Below, in pieces: positions 12,631-25,101 of a stretch of 64,000 bases of DNA. Below the pieces are notes generated by a model that made no database searches, was not told the origin of the DNA, and worked only from the letters and a program-made list of their open reading frames with translations. Position numbers and translations under genes: made by a program. The stretch spans positions 20,648,001 to 20,712,000 of the forward strand of contig CM052832.1 in the NCBI GenBank assembly GCA_028534125.1, read 5' to 3'. Source of the DNA: Lama glama (Eukaryota). Position 1 is the first letter of the stretch. Each line of letters opens with the position of its first letter.

Positions 12631-13691
12631 TGAAACACTGAATAACAGAGGGGAAAAAAGAAACTGGTGACCGAAAGCATTTGTGGCAAGTACAAAAAAT
12701 TCTGGCTTGAGGAAGAATGGAGGAGGGCAGACCACAGCCCAGACGCTGCCATGGAAAGGATGCTGACTCTAGCTTCTGCTCTACTGTTAGATTCCCAACG
12801 CCAAACAGTGCCAGAAAAAACTCTCTATCTGACCCTGCACCTTTGTGTCATTTCCTCAAGCTTCAGAGACCTGGGAGGAGCTGGGCTTAGGTCAAGTGTC
12901 TCTTAACAGGAGTCAGGAAAAGGCTATATCTATTCAACCCACTCATATCCACTTTTGGCTTCCTTAGTAGGAAATACGATCTTCCTTTCTTGAAATAATC
13001 TTCAGATTTCTCTCCCAAATGGGAAACCTATTTGGACAGTGAAAATGTCACCTAGAACACTCTCAACAGTTTATAGGCAGAAATATTAGACTCTGTGCTT
13101 TTTAGTCGCTATCAGCACAAACTTCTAACTTACTCATGCTGCACCCTTTTTATTACACTGATTCTGATTCACAGAGCAAAATGTTACTGGCCCTAAAAGA
13201 CTCTGGACGTGTGGCTAATGAGAGAAAAAAAAAAAGCTTCAGCCACTTGTTTGTAACCTACATCTTTCCTCCAGATGAAATAGTTAGGATTAATAACTTT
13301 TCTCTCATGCTCTCTGGATCTTTTCTATTCCTCAGCCAAACGGTAATTTCTCAGGAATGAAATACAATATTGCTTCTACCTGTTCATTTCCTTATTGGTA
13401 AATCACTTCGGACCTTAATGAATGATCCTCCAGCAAATTAATTATTCATTTAAAAATATTTTCTGTTCCCCACTCTACAGATTTATTATGAACTGTTGGA
13501 ACTTACAAATGTTAATAACATGGGATGATACCACCACCCCACTTCATCCATAATGAATTGTTTTACTTTTTTTAATGATTTTTTGTACTACTGATTGTAA
13601 ACGGGTTTATTGAAGAGCTTTAAGCTTTTTCCATTAAAAATGAAATTAAGCAAAGGCCCAATGTGGAATAACACTTTTAAAATATATTCAT

Positions 13692-13855
13692 GGGGGGAGG
13701 GTATAGTTCAGTGGTAAAGCATGTGCTTAATTAGCATGCACAAGGTCCTGGGTTCAATCCCCAGTACCTCTGTAAAAAACAAAAATAAAACCAAACAAAG
13801 CCTAGAAATAACAAAAATTTTTGAATAAATAAAAATATAAATAAATATAAATATA
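13692..13855 (+). mobile_element. tRNA-derived SINE, Vic-1 type (camelid)
   Basis: ggggagggtatagttcagtggtaaagc (A box) ...ggtcctgggttcaatccccagtacctc (B box), A-rich tail, flanking direct repeat atattcat. Confidence 0.88.
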
Positions 13856-14429
13856 AATATTCATTCATTCTGTACTGTACCCTGATGATCTTAAAGAACT
13901 GAGGTTGATGTTAACAGGCTCATCTACAGTGGAAAATGGTCCAAAAGATGAATCTGCAGACAGTGTATGAGAAATCTTTCTAAATTTGAGAGTCAGCAAT
14001 TAGGAGTAATGATGTAAAATGAAAAAAACTAAGTCCTACAATTATCTTCACTACAAACTCACTGCATGACTCTGCTAAAGTGAATCCACACTGCAAGTCA
14101 AGCCTAAAAAATAAACAGTATCAGAGTGAAAAAGACAGAAAATCCCACAGTAAGTCACTGTGTGTTAATAAGTTCACTGAAATAGAAGAGCATCATAAAA
14201 GTAAAACATGTTGGCCAAGGGAAAGAATGAAATGCTTGTAGCTACGAAGAGAAAAGAATCCGTGCCATTTATGTTGAGCTACTTCCCTGTGACAACAAGG
14301 TAACTTCAATCAGCCAGAAAAGCCGGTCATTCACCCACAGTGTAGGTCTTCGCTCCATTTTACCTCCATTCTATTTTTTTTAAGGGGAAAAGCAGGTAGT
14401 AAGTTCAAATTTAGCAAGTAGATATTCCT

Positions 14430-14670
14430 TTTATTTATTCATTAATGCATCAAACATTTCTGGAACAAATGTTTATGTGAAAGCACTGGGGTAACCCATG
14501 AGGGAGGTGTCAATATGGTAGTCTCTGCTTTCAGGGTACTTACAGTCAATTAGAAGAAATGTAATAGGTAAATAATTATATAAGTAGTAAAGGTATGACA
14601 GCTATATTAAAGATACAGTTATGTGCTAGGGAAGTTTAGGAAAGAAAAGATTTTCATTCTGAAAGGGGGT
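14430..14670 (-). mobile_element. L2 3' end
   Basis: ttcattaatgcatcaaacattt...ggtagtctctgctttcagggtacttacagtc...gtgctagggaag. Confidence 0.7.
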
Positions 14671-14964
14671 TTTCATTTCAATTTTTAAGTTAAAACCTAA
14701 TTTTACATTATATTGTGAAATGATATCCACTCTCCTCTGGAAACAATTTGGATCTGGGTTTTGTATTAACTTGCAGCTATAAAGCGTCAGAAATGATCAA
14801 TCTAGGGAGATGGAAAATCACATAAATTCTAAAGGTCTTAAAAACAATTCTCAAGGGTGAAATCTTGTCCTACAACCCCTGTATTACGACTTCACACCAC
14901 CACTTTATGGCATGTAAATCTTAGGAACTGTAAGAGAAGGTTATAAATCGCTCGATCCCGTAAG

Positions 14965-15080
14965 ATAGCCAGGTGTCCTTTGGTAGACCTTTCTATGTCT
15001 CTGTTTCTCAACTGTAACATAAAGGGATTAAGCTCAGAATCTCTATGATCCTTTCAAGGTCTAATATCTTGAGATTCTAA
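14965..15080 (+). mobile_element. MIR3/MIRc-like fragment
   Basis: ctgtttctcaactgtaa...atctctatgatcctttcaaggtctaatatcttgagattcta. Confidence 0.6.
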
Positions 15081-16094
15081 GACTTTTTACATGGGCCATT
15101 TTTCATATGACCAATTTTCATACCATGAATAAATGTTGTTAGGTTACCAGTTCCACATAAAGGGACCATATAGAAGTAATTGGATCCCCATGGAAAAGCA
15201 GTGCCCTGTGTGTGCCCCACGCCTCATAAGCAGTATACGATGAGCATCTGTGGAGCCCATGCAAAGTAACGGCAGACTTGGAATCTCCGTATTTACCCCG
15301 AAACAATATTTTTTTCTTATTAGAGATACACAGATTATACTCATTTGCTGGCTGTTGGCACAAAATTGAGAATATATCTTAAAAACACAACACTTCTTGA
15401 TGAAAATGGTACTTATACACAAGGACTGGATGGCTATCAAGACAGCAGGATGGCCAAATAAATTTTAATGAAAGAAAATTTAATACGGAATTTAAGGTTG
15501 TTTATTTACAAGATGTATTTCAGTCTCCAGCTCCACCAAACCTGCAACCTAGCTGCCAAGTCTGTGTAAGTACATTGTTGCTGTGGGAATCACAGAAAGG
15601 GCTCAACCTCCTAGTGAGTTAATGATGCAGAAAACACAGCACAGCAATCTATGGAGCAGCCAGGTGTTTGCAAGAACCCTTCTAATAACCCTCACTGTTT
15701 CCTACTTTCTATCCCGTGTTATGTAGACTTTCTTCTCTTACACTCTAAGTTCGTGGAGAGAGGCATTCATGTCTGATTTATCTTCTATCTGTCGCTATGA
15801 CTCTGGTATTGCTATTTCTCAGACAACAGGTGCCCAACAAATATTTCCTAAATGACTCATTAGAAAATATATTAGAAAAAATTTTTTTGCTCTTTAAATA
15901 GACATTTTATTATATCCACAGGCGATAAAATCCCAGAGCTACTGTTAGGCACGTAAATATAGATCCTCCTAAATATTTTTTTTTACAATTTTACATTTAC
16001 ATTTATTTATTTAATACAATGGAAATACAAAGGAGAAAATTAAGTCTCAATAAATAAAGGACAGGGCTAACCTTTTCCAACTTTTTAAACCTTT

Positions 16095-17450
16095 CATGCT
16101 TCCAGAAGAGGGAGAGAAAAAGGAGCCATTTTAAAAAATGCTAGAGCATTCTGTTCCTCTTAACAAGGCCTTCCCTCAGGAGACACAATTTAATCAAAGC
16201 CCATGCTGCTGAGGTTTTATCAGAGCCTAGCAGACCTAGGGCAAGGGATATACCCAACGCCAGAATCCTGCAGCCATCCTGTCCACTCAAAGCAGGGAGG
16301 GAAGAGAGTAGGATGGAAAAGCTTGTGTGAAGTTCACAGCCCAGAGGTATAGGTTCATTACTAGACTAAAATTTAATCTTAGAACTATAAAATGCTTTTC
16401 CTTCCCACACACCTCACCACCACATTGCTAAAGACCTATTTACAGCAGTTCCTTTTACATAGTACACCACACCTGCTTATCAAGAAAAAATTACAAGACA
16501 TACTTAACAGCAAAAACCACAGTTGGAAGAGACAGAGCAAGAATCAGAATCAGACTCAGACATGGCAGAGATGTTGGAATTATCAGATCGAGAATTTAAA
16601 GCAACTATGATCAATATGTTAAGGGCACTAAAAAGATAATGTAGACAGCATGCAGGGGCAATGTAAACAGAGAAAATTCTAAGAAAAGAATCAGAAATAC
16701 CAGAGATCAAAAACACTAACAGAAATAAAGAATGTCTTTGTGGGCTTATTAGTAGACTAGACATGGCTGAAGAAAAGAATCCCTGCATTTAAGAACATCT
16801 TAATCAAAAGGTCTGAAACTGAAAAGCAAACAGTACAAAATACCGAAGAATTGTGGGCCCCTTAAAAAAGATGTAAAATATGTGTAATGGGAATACTAGA
16901 AAGAGGGAAAGGAACAGAAGAAATATATGAAACAACAACAGAGAATTTTCCAAAATTAATGTCAAACACCAAACCACAGACCAGGAAACTCAGAAAAAAA
17001 CACCAAGCAGGATAAATGCAAAACAAAACCAAAACACAACAACTATACCTCGGCATATCACTTTCAAACTATGGAAAATAAAAGATAAAGAAAAAATCTT
17101 GAAAGAAACAAGAGGGAAAAGATACCTTCCCTATAAACAAGGTAAGAATTACATCTGACTTCTCTTTAGAAGCCATTCCAACAAAAAGAAAATGAAATGA
17201 GACAAATATTTAAGAGTTGAGAGAAATAAAACCCATCAATCTAGAATTCTGTAGCCTGTGAATGTATCCTTTAAGAGTAAAGAAGAAATAAAAACTTTCT
17301 CAAACAAAAATGGAAAAAAAAATGTGTTGCTAGTAGACCTGCCTTGCAAGAAAGATTAAAAGAAAAGTTCCTTAGAAAGATGGAAAATGATGTTAAGTCA
17401 GAAACTGGAATCTACATAAAGAGTATCAGAAAAAAAACAAATAAACAATA
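16095..17450 (+). mobile_element. Old L1 5' region and decayed ORF1
   Basis: ORF1-like remnants (ttatcagatcgagaatttaaagcaactatgatcaatatgtt = LSDREFKATMINM; acagagaattttccaaaattaatg; tagaattctgtagcctg; gctagtagacctgccttgcaagaa) with many stops and frameshifts. Confidence 0.85.
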
Positions 17451-17799
17451 AACCATTGTTTCCAGAGAAAATAAGTGAGTAACAAAAATTGCTATGCATC
17501 TAGACTCCTATACCATTAATAAATCAAAGGCTAAAAATGAGGCCTAATGGCAATCAATGTGCTAGTTTAAAATATTACTATGTTTAACCTCTATAGGTTC
17601 ATCAATCAAATTTGGAAAACATATACTGGTATTCTTTTTCTGTGAACCTAATGGTTTAGGCTCATTTTAGATATTAAACTTTGTATGTTGTATACTTTAA
17701 AAGATGAGTAATAATCAAAACAAGTGCAGCATATTTGTAAGACTCTTCAAAAAGCAATAAAGGAAAAAGGAAAACAAATGGCAAAGAATACCTCTGAAA

Positions 17800-18570
17800 A
17801 CATGTTTCTACAGATTAAACTTCATGACCTAAGCCATTTCTAAGAACACAAATGAAATTAAAGAAAATACTAAGTCTATAAAATAAGAGATCACAAGAGA
17901 GATAGAGATTAAAGAAAGAAATGAGGAGACAGCAGATTAGGAAATGAAAAATGATTTGGCAGAACTTGAGAGAAGATGCAAATAATAAAACTGTCACAAA
18001 ATTAAGTCTGCATTGGAAGCAGCAAAATGGAGAAGGACAGAAGAAATACTTAACAGAAGTGAACAAATACTCAATTCCTAAAGAAAATAGCATGTTATGT
18101 AATACAAAGGTGATTCAACATAGGCATAATTGGTGTCTCTAAAAGGTGAGAAAAAATAAATACCACAGAAATTTTTTTAAATGTTTAATTCAAAGAAACT
18201 TCAGAAACCAAAGATGATTAAATCTGCCATTTTAAGAAGAAAAGTTACCATATAATTAACAACCAGACTCAGTAGTAAAACTATTGAACTACTAGACTTC
18301 ACAGATAAAGAAACCATCTGAAAAATCAAAGCAGAGAAATCAAGGTACTTTAAAGGGGAAAATAATCAGTTCTCAGAATGTCTTAGAACAGGTAAGCTAT
18401 ACATATGAAGCCCCAAGGAAACAAAGTGTAGTCCTAAATTAATATACCCAGCCAAAATATCAAGTATAACATGGACATTTCCAGGATATACAAAAGCAGA
18501 GTCATAGTTTTCATAAGGCTTTCTTAAAGAATCAGCTAGATTCGTCCTCCCGATGAGAAGGTAAACCAGA
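17800..18570 (+). mobile_element. HAL1/L1 ORF1-like decayed fragment
   Basis: A-rich, coiled-coil-coding style sequence with the motif aatatacccagccaaaatatcaagtataa; cagataaagaaa...aaggggaaaataatcag. Confidence 0.6.
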
Positions 18571-19539
18571 CATGGAATTAGGTAACTTTCTCCCCCACAG
18601 TGCAAGGCTGGAGATGTCACAGAAGTGAAAGGGAAACTGATGGGTATGAGGAACTATCATAGAAACCTCAATAATCCTCTGGGCGAAACAGAAGGAGCCC
18701 GAGTCCTGGCACCTCTGCTGGGGACAGGAACAGAAATTCAGAGTGTGAAGGCTAGCAGCCACACTGGGAATGGACAGCACAGCAAGTTTTTTATTCATTC
18801 TTTATTGCCCCCTTACATCACTGTATCACATTGTTGAGCACGCCATTGGCTCTGAGGGATGAAAACATCAATACATATGTACATACATTCATACATACAT
18901 AACATAAAATAAAATCCACAGTCGTATCAAGCTAGCAGTAGCCTGGAAGTCACTTGAGAGCAGTGTCCTGACCAGTGAGGGAGTGGATAAGAACAATTGT
19001 AGGCCCACTGTGGACCCTGAGCATTTCCACTCTGCTGAAATACCTTGAGGACCAGATAATTACAACTCATAGAATCAGCATTTGGGAAAGAGCAGTGACT
19101 GAACTCAGGTGTACGGAAACTTTCTAGGTCAAGTTGATACAGCAGAAGGAAGGACATGGAAGGGGTCCCTCCTGATAGATGGCAATATCAAAGACTCTTC
19201 TCCCTGAAACATATTCCCCTTCTGAAACCTTCCAGGAGGGATGCAATCTAGTATTTTGCCAGTATTTTTTTGCCCAAGAACACATTACTAAGACCCTAGG
19301 GAAATGATCTCATGAGGAAAAATAATGAGGCATTTAAACACAAATTCTATTTTAAAAATTCAAGAAATTGAAAGAATTAAAACAGAGAAAGCAGTTAATA
19401 CACAAGACAGATAAAGAACTTAAAGTAAGTGTAATAAATGTCTTTGAAGAGATAAAGGAAGATATTTAGATAGGATACAGAAATGGGTCATTATGTGGAA
19501 AAAAACTAATGGAGATACTGGGTATGTAAAATGAAACAG

Positions 19540-20572
19540 ATCAAAAAATTAAAAGGCAACCTACTTAAGGGGAGAAGATATTTGCAAACCATATTCCAAT
19601 CAAGGGTTAATACCCAAAATTATGAAGAACTCATACAACTCAACAGCAATAACAAAAGCAAACAATCCAATTAAAAAAATCTATTCACAAGACAACATTT
19701 CTTCAAAGAAGATATACAGATGGTCAACAGGAATATGAAAAGATGTCCAACATCACCCAAACATCAGGGAACTGTAAGTCAATTCCTCACACCCATCAGA
19801 ATGGCTATTATAAAGACAAAAAATTAGCTCTGGCAAGGATGTGGAGAAAACAGAACCATAGCACACTGTGGGTGGGTATATAAATTGGTGCAGCCACCAT
19901 GGAGTTCCTCAAAACATTGAAAACAGAACTACCATACAGTCCAGAATCCCACTTTCAGGTATTTTTTTCAAAATAAACAAAAACAGTCATTCAAAAAGAT
20001 ATATGCTTCCCTATGATCACTGAGGCATTATTTGCAACAGCCAAATATGGATACAATCTAAGTGTGCACTGGGATGCATGGATATAAAAAGATGTATTAT
20101 ACATACAATGAAATACTACTCAGCCATAAAAAAGAATGAAATCTTGCCATTTGCGACAACATGGATGAACTCTGAGGTTATTATGCGAAGTAAAATAAGT
20201 CCCACAGAGAAAGACAAATACCGTATGGTTTGTCATACAATACATATCACACGTGCATTCTAAAACACAAGACAAATGAAGAAACAAAACAAAATAAAAC
20301 TCATAGATACAGATGGTTGCCTGAAGGGAGGGCTGTTAGAGAGAAAACAAAATGAATGAAGGGGATCAAGCCCTACAGAATTCCAGATATAAATGAAGTT
20401 AGGAGATGTAATGTATAGCATAGTGACTACAGTCATTAACATTGTATTGTAAAGTTGAAAGTTGCTAAAAAAAAGTAGATCTTTAAAAAGTTCTCATCAC
20501 AAGAAAAAAAAAATCTTGCAACTTTGTACAGTGACTCACGGTTACCAGACTTATTGTGGTGATCATTTTGTT
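19540..20572 (+). mobile_element. L1 ORF2 3' end plus 3' UTR (L1MA9-like)
   Basis: aggcaacctac...gagaagatatttgcaaaccata; ggcaaggatgtggagaaa; ORF 20078-20263 encodes the ORF2 C-terminus YYSAIKKNEILPFATTWM; 3' UTR atgtatagcatagtgactacagt...gtagatctt...ttctcatcac. Confidence 0.92.
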
Positions 20573-20673
20573 CTTAGAGAGTAACTACCAAAAAAAGAAA
20601 AAAAAATCAGCCCAACATTAAAAATGATGATTTAAGACAAATTCGAGTTGAGGAAGAAAGAAATATAAAACAA

Positions 20674-20745
20674 GGGAGAGGGTATAGCTCAAGTGGTAGA
20701 GCGCATGCTTAGCATGTACAAGGTCCTGGGTTCAATTCCCAGTAC

Positions 20746-20779
<34 letters not shown>

Positions 20780-20858
20780 TAAATAAACTTAATTACCTTC
20801 CCCTATCAAAAAACAGAATAAAAGATCTATATTCATATCACTGTTCAAAAAAATAACA
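20674..20858 (+). mobile_element. tRNA-derived SINE, Vic-1 type, with (CAT)9 and a 20-bp TSD
   Basis: gagggtatagctcaagtggtagagcgcatgcttagcatgtacaaggtcctgggttcaattcccagtacctcc; TSD aagaaagaaatataaaa(c/t)aa at 20654-20673 and 20859-20878; (CAT)9 at 20749-20775. Confidence 0.92.
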
Positions 20859-20938
20859 AAGAAAGAAATATAAAATAACTCTAAAAAAACCCAACAATTT
20901 CACAGTTAAATAATAAAATAACTTGTAATCATTTTCTT

Positions 20939-21155
20939 GAAAGGTTAGCAAATTATGGACCCACAGGCCAAATCTAACGCTGAGCCTGCATCTGTTAGTC
21001 AACTCTTACAGAAACACAGCAACACTTATTCATTCACATACTGTCTGTGGCCACTGCAACAACAGAGTTGAGTGATGTGACAGACCCAATGGCCTGTAAG
21101 CCTGAAATAAAATAGTTACCATCTGGTCCTTTGCAGGAGAGGTTTGCTAACCCCC
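20939..21155. mobile_element. MER58A-like hAT-Charlie non-autonomous transposon
   Basis: ggttagcaaattatgg...ggccaaatct...gaaacacagc...cattcacatactgtctgtgg...atctggtcctttgcaggagaggtttgctaacccc; the two ends are inverted copies. Confidence 0.85.
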
Positions 21156-22999
21156 CGAATTCACACAATGAGGAGGGAGGAGGAAGGGCAGCACTACCTA
21201 GAAAAACCTTTATGCTATAATATTACATGAAACATTCTATAAATATACCATCATAGTAAATAGGAAGAAAGACTGGCAGGAAGTAGCAGTTGTATTTGGG
21301 TAGTAGTAACGTGGCTGTTCTCTTTCTCGCCTCTATTTTTTAACTTGGGGGGAAACGTGATTGCAATACATTTGTATTACTTTATCTTGTGACATTAATT
21401 TTCTGAATTGGAAGAATATGACAACTACAAAATCATGAAAAGGCAACATGAAAACAGGAAACAATGTGAACTAAAATTCAATTTCAAGATACGGACAAAA
21501 CTATCAAAAGCATGACAAGCTTGCCTACGTGAAACTGGTCATTTAAATCCACAAAAGGAAAGGAAAATTACCATACTCTGTGAGGGGCTACTTATGGCCA
21601 CTAACAGAATAATAACACCACCTTACATTTGCACAAAATATTCTGGTTTATAGGCATTATCTCATTTAATTACAGACTAAGAAGATAGATATTTTTATAG
21701 CCTTCTCAAAATGGAAAGGAGGTGAGAGACTAAGCACCTTGGCCAGAGTCAAAGAGATTTCAAGGGTGTGAAATAGGAATAGAAAGCAGAATTTTCATTA
21801 ACATTATTATCGCATCCACTTTACAAATAAAGGCTTTCAGGCTTCTCTTAAGGAACTAGAACTTTAAATAGCTGATATATTTTAAATTACCAAATATTTT
21901 TCCTTACTGGTTTGTTGAAAATACACTGAGTAAAGTGATTTTGTGTTCACTTTTGTGTTATCACTTCTTCAATTAAGTTAAGTAATTTTGCATTCAGCTT
22001 AACAGGTGACATTTGTTACTGAATTCCTTTCAAGTAATCATTTTTAAATAAAAAAGATTTTCAGCCATTCCCTAAAAACATAAAGTCCACGTGGGCCACG
22101 AACAAGAGAGACTCAAAAGAAAATAATCATTATTGTGGCCTATCTCTCTTGATTTCATGTTAAGGTAATGTTTCATTTAACTACTTGCAATTTTATAACA
22201 GTGCCAGAATATGATACAAAATATCAGTTTTCAATATGACAAAACTGCTTAGACTTTAGTCATCAACTCCTCATGTCTCCTGGAAGATCTGTTTAGGGGC
22301 ATATGTCTTCCCTCAGGGCTGCCTTAATTCTCAATTTCTAAAGAGCAATATGAAACTGTTGGATTGTCTCATACAACGAAGAAGAATCCTTTCATTGTAC
22401 TCCTTAAGCTTGATAAGCACGATGCAGTAGTATCGTGAACAAGGCTGCTGATACCAACAACAAAATTTAATTATTTTGCTGGGAATATTTCTTACTGTTG
22501 TAAGAAAAAAAAAGTTAAACTCCATTTCATTGTAAATAATAGCTTTGTCCACTTTTTCCCCATCACTTGTTTTTGAAACCTCATAATATATCAGAGTCCA
22601 GGAAACCTTCATAAGCTCTTGTGGTAAAGAGGCCCTCATGATCAAGGAAAGCAAAGGCAAAAAACCCACCGAGGTTCTGGGCACGTAGCCCTCAACATCA
22701 CCTTCATTAGGGAAACTTCTCTGACATGTAATGTTTAATCTCTACAATACACGATGCTTGTTTTCTAATTCTTACTATATACATGTATCAATAAAAATTT
22801 CACATTACTTAAGATGAGTTGAATTGCTGCTCAAGGAAGACAATGCTTTGGTGTCCAGCAAGTTCAAGTATCCAATAACATGTTTATGTTTAACCCCGAG
22901 GTTAAATTAACTCTGTATCAGGAAGCAAGTGCGACATGATTGAACCTCAGCATTTCAGCATGAAATGCAGAGATTTACAGTGTGACTTCCGTGGTCTGC

Positions 23000-23450
23000 T
23001 CTGTCTCAGCTTCTTCGATCATAAAACCTACAAAGCCCCCAAATGTTTCTAGTGCCTCCCATACCCCAGGCTCTCCATCCTCCACGCCTTCATCCTTGTG
23101 GTGCCCCTTCCTGAAACACTCTCCCCACCCACCTGCTCTTAATCTATAAGACCAAATTCCAGTGTACCCTCTGATTTTCCCTGAAGTCTCAAGTGCCTTC
23201 TCTGTGAAATATTCCCCAATCATCCAGGCAGACTGTGGTCTTATTCCCATTTCTTATTCTACTATTGCACCTTTTTCTACCGTAACAATTATATTGAATT
23301 GCAATCATTTGTTTGAATGTCTGTTTTTCACACTGCCCTGCATGACCCTGCATGTGTCCAGTTCACATTTATTTTAATCCCTTCCCACATTGCCTGGTAT
23401 AAAGTAGGATTCCAAAAGGCACAGGAGACAGATGAACGAAGTAAGTAAGT
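23000..23450 (+). mobile_element. L2 3' end
   Basis: ttcctgaaacactctcccc...gtttgaatgtctgttttt...cattgcctggtataaagtagg...gatgaacgaagtaagt. Confidence 0.75.
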
Positions 23451-24756
23451 TCATTTAAACATGGCTTCTTTGGAACGTTATATACACCTCAGGTTAATCA
23501 GCAAAAAAGTTCTTCTTCCCTGGAATTCATTAACCATGCCAGGAAGAATTCAAGCTAAGAAAATGAGCATAGACACACTGTTGGAAGGTGCTACATTTTG
23601 TCAGCCTTTCCTGGGATAAGAACTATTAATCCATTCTACTAGGGGAGCAAAAAGAGATAAGACTTTATATAATGCTTCACTTGTCTTCCATTTTGAATTA
23701 AGTCACCCTCCAAACACAACTCAGAAGCAGCAAAAGGGGCCCTTAGCACGATTTGGCAGCATGTGGTATTAAATAATGTCTAGACTCCATGCGATTTTCT
23801 GTACTGTGTATCACAATTCAACACAGAAAAGGGGCTGAATAAATCCACAGTAATCCATATAATCATACTGCAACTTTCTCAAGAAATTTGACCCCAAAAT
23901 AAAAATGAAGTCATTGCTACCTTACCCAGAACTTCACTAGGAGTTAACATTATGTAAATTAGCTTTTCTTTAATACAGCTGTGATATTATAAAAACAAGA
24001 GTCTGTTGGTCATCTTGCCTGGATCAAATCTCATTTTTTGACAGTTATGACATATAATTCTGGAGATACTTATTTTCAATTTAGGTGCTGTTGCTATTTG
24101 TTTTTGTGCAGATTAACTGGACATTACAGAAAGATTGAATTTTAGGTCTAACTGATAACATATAAATCCTTCATTTTATATATGAGAAAACTGAGGGCTG
24201 CTGAAGTGGTGATAAAATCCAGGCCACCCAGGCATCCATGTATAATCAGCACCAGGCTTTGAACTTGTGTCTCCTACGACACTTACTGTTTTTAAGATAC
24301 TATGACATCCTACTCTTTTACTTAGATTTATCCTCCCTATTAAAATTTTGATCTTAAATACTAATTAAACTTTTGTCATTGTGACTGTTAAAATGTTTCC
24401 ATCTGTTAAATAATAAGCTGATTTTCTTCTCATGTGCTATATTAAAAAGTGAAATAGACTTTTCTAGCAGATTGTCTAGAGGCTTTAGCATTCAGGACAT
24501 CTAAAGGACTCTTAGGAACCTTCTTTCTGTCAGTATGACTTTCGGTGGGCAATAAAGGGACCACACACAGAGGGAAATGGGTCTGGTCTTCATGAGGACA
24601 TGATATAATCATTACAGGCACCCAGAAACAAAGTACAGTGAATTCTCAGTCAAAGGGCTGGCAATTCTGATTCATGAAACATTCACCAGCTTCTACAACA
24701 CTGTTTTTTCAGAGTTAATTGTCTTATGAATTAGATCAGTACAACTCCACTGAAGC

Positions 24757-24957
24757 GAAGTTTCTCACCTGGAGCAGTACTGTGTTTCCTAGGGGGCCAT
24801 CAGGAACTATGTTGCAAGGAGTGGCTTTCTGGTTGTCAGAATGCCTGAAGAGAGCTTACTGCATGTGGGGGATGAAACGTTCTGCAGTAATCAGACATTC
24901 TGCAAAAGAAGTCACTTCCTACCCACGTTCCAACAGGACTTTCCTGGAGAACCACTG
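24757..24957. mobile_element. MER20-like hAT-Charlie element
   Basis: gtttctcacctggagcagtactg...tttctggttgtcagaatg...ggagaaccactg. Confidence 0.6.
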
Positions 24958-25101
24958 AGCCAGAAAGAAAGCACATCTGAGTCTCCTGTACTAGCCTTCA
25001 AAGAAATTTCAAGCTCCTGAATTGAGTAGCTGGTTAATACTGAGGAAATTTACTAATTTCTCACAAATCTTTGTTATAGATTTATGCTCCTAAACTTATT
25101 A

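Noticed and set aside
13692..13770. tRNA-like sequence (also 20674-20748)
   Set aside because: A/B boxes are present, but A-rich tails and flanking direct repeats show these are SINEs, not tRNA genes.
15139..15440. Two overlapping minus-strand ORFs with acceptor/donor-like ends
   Set aside because: No recognisable protein similarity and only moderate splice signals.
22331..22684. 117-aa minus-strand ORF in unique sequence
   Set aside because: Non-ATG start, no recognisable family, and no poly(A)/TSD to suggest a processed pseudogene.
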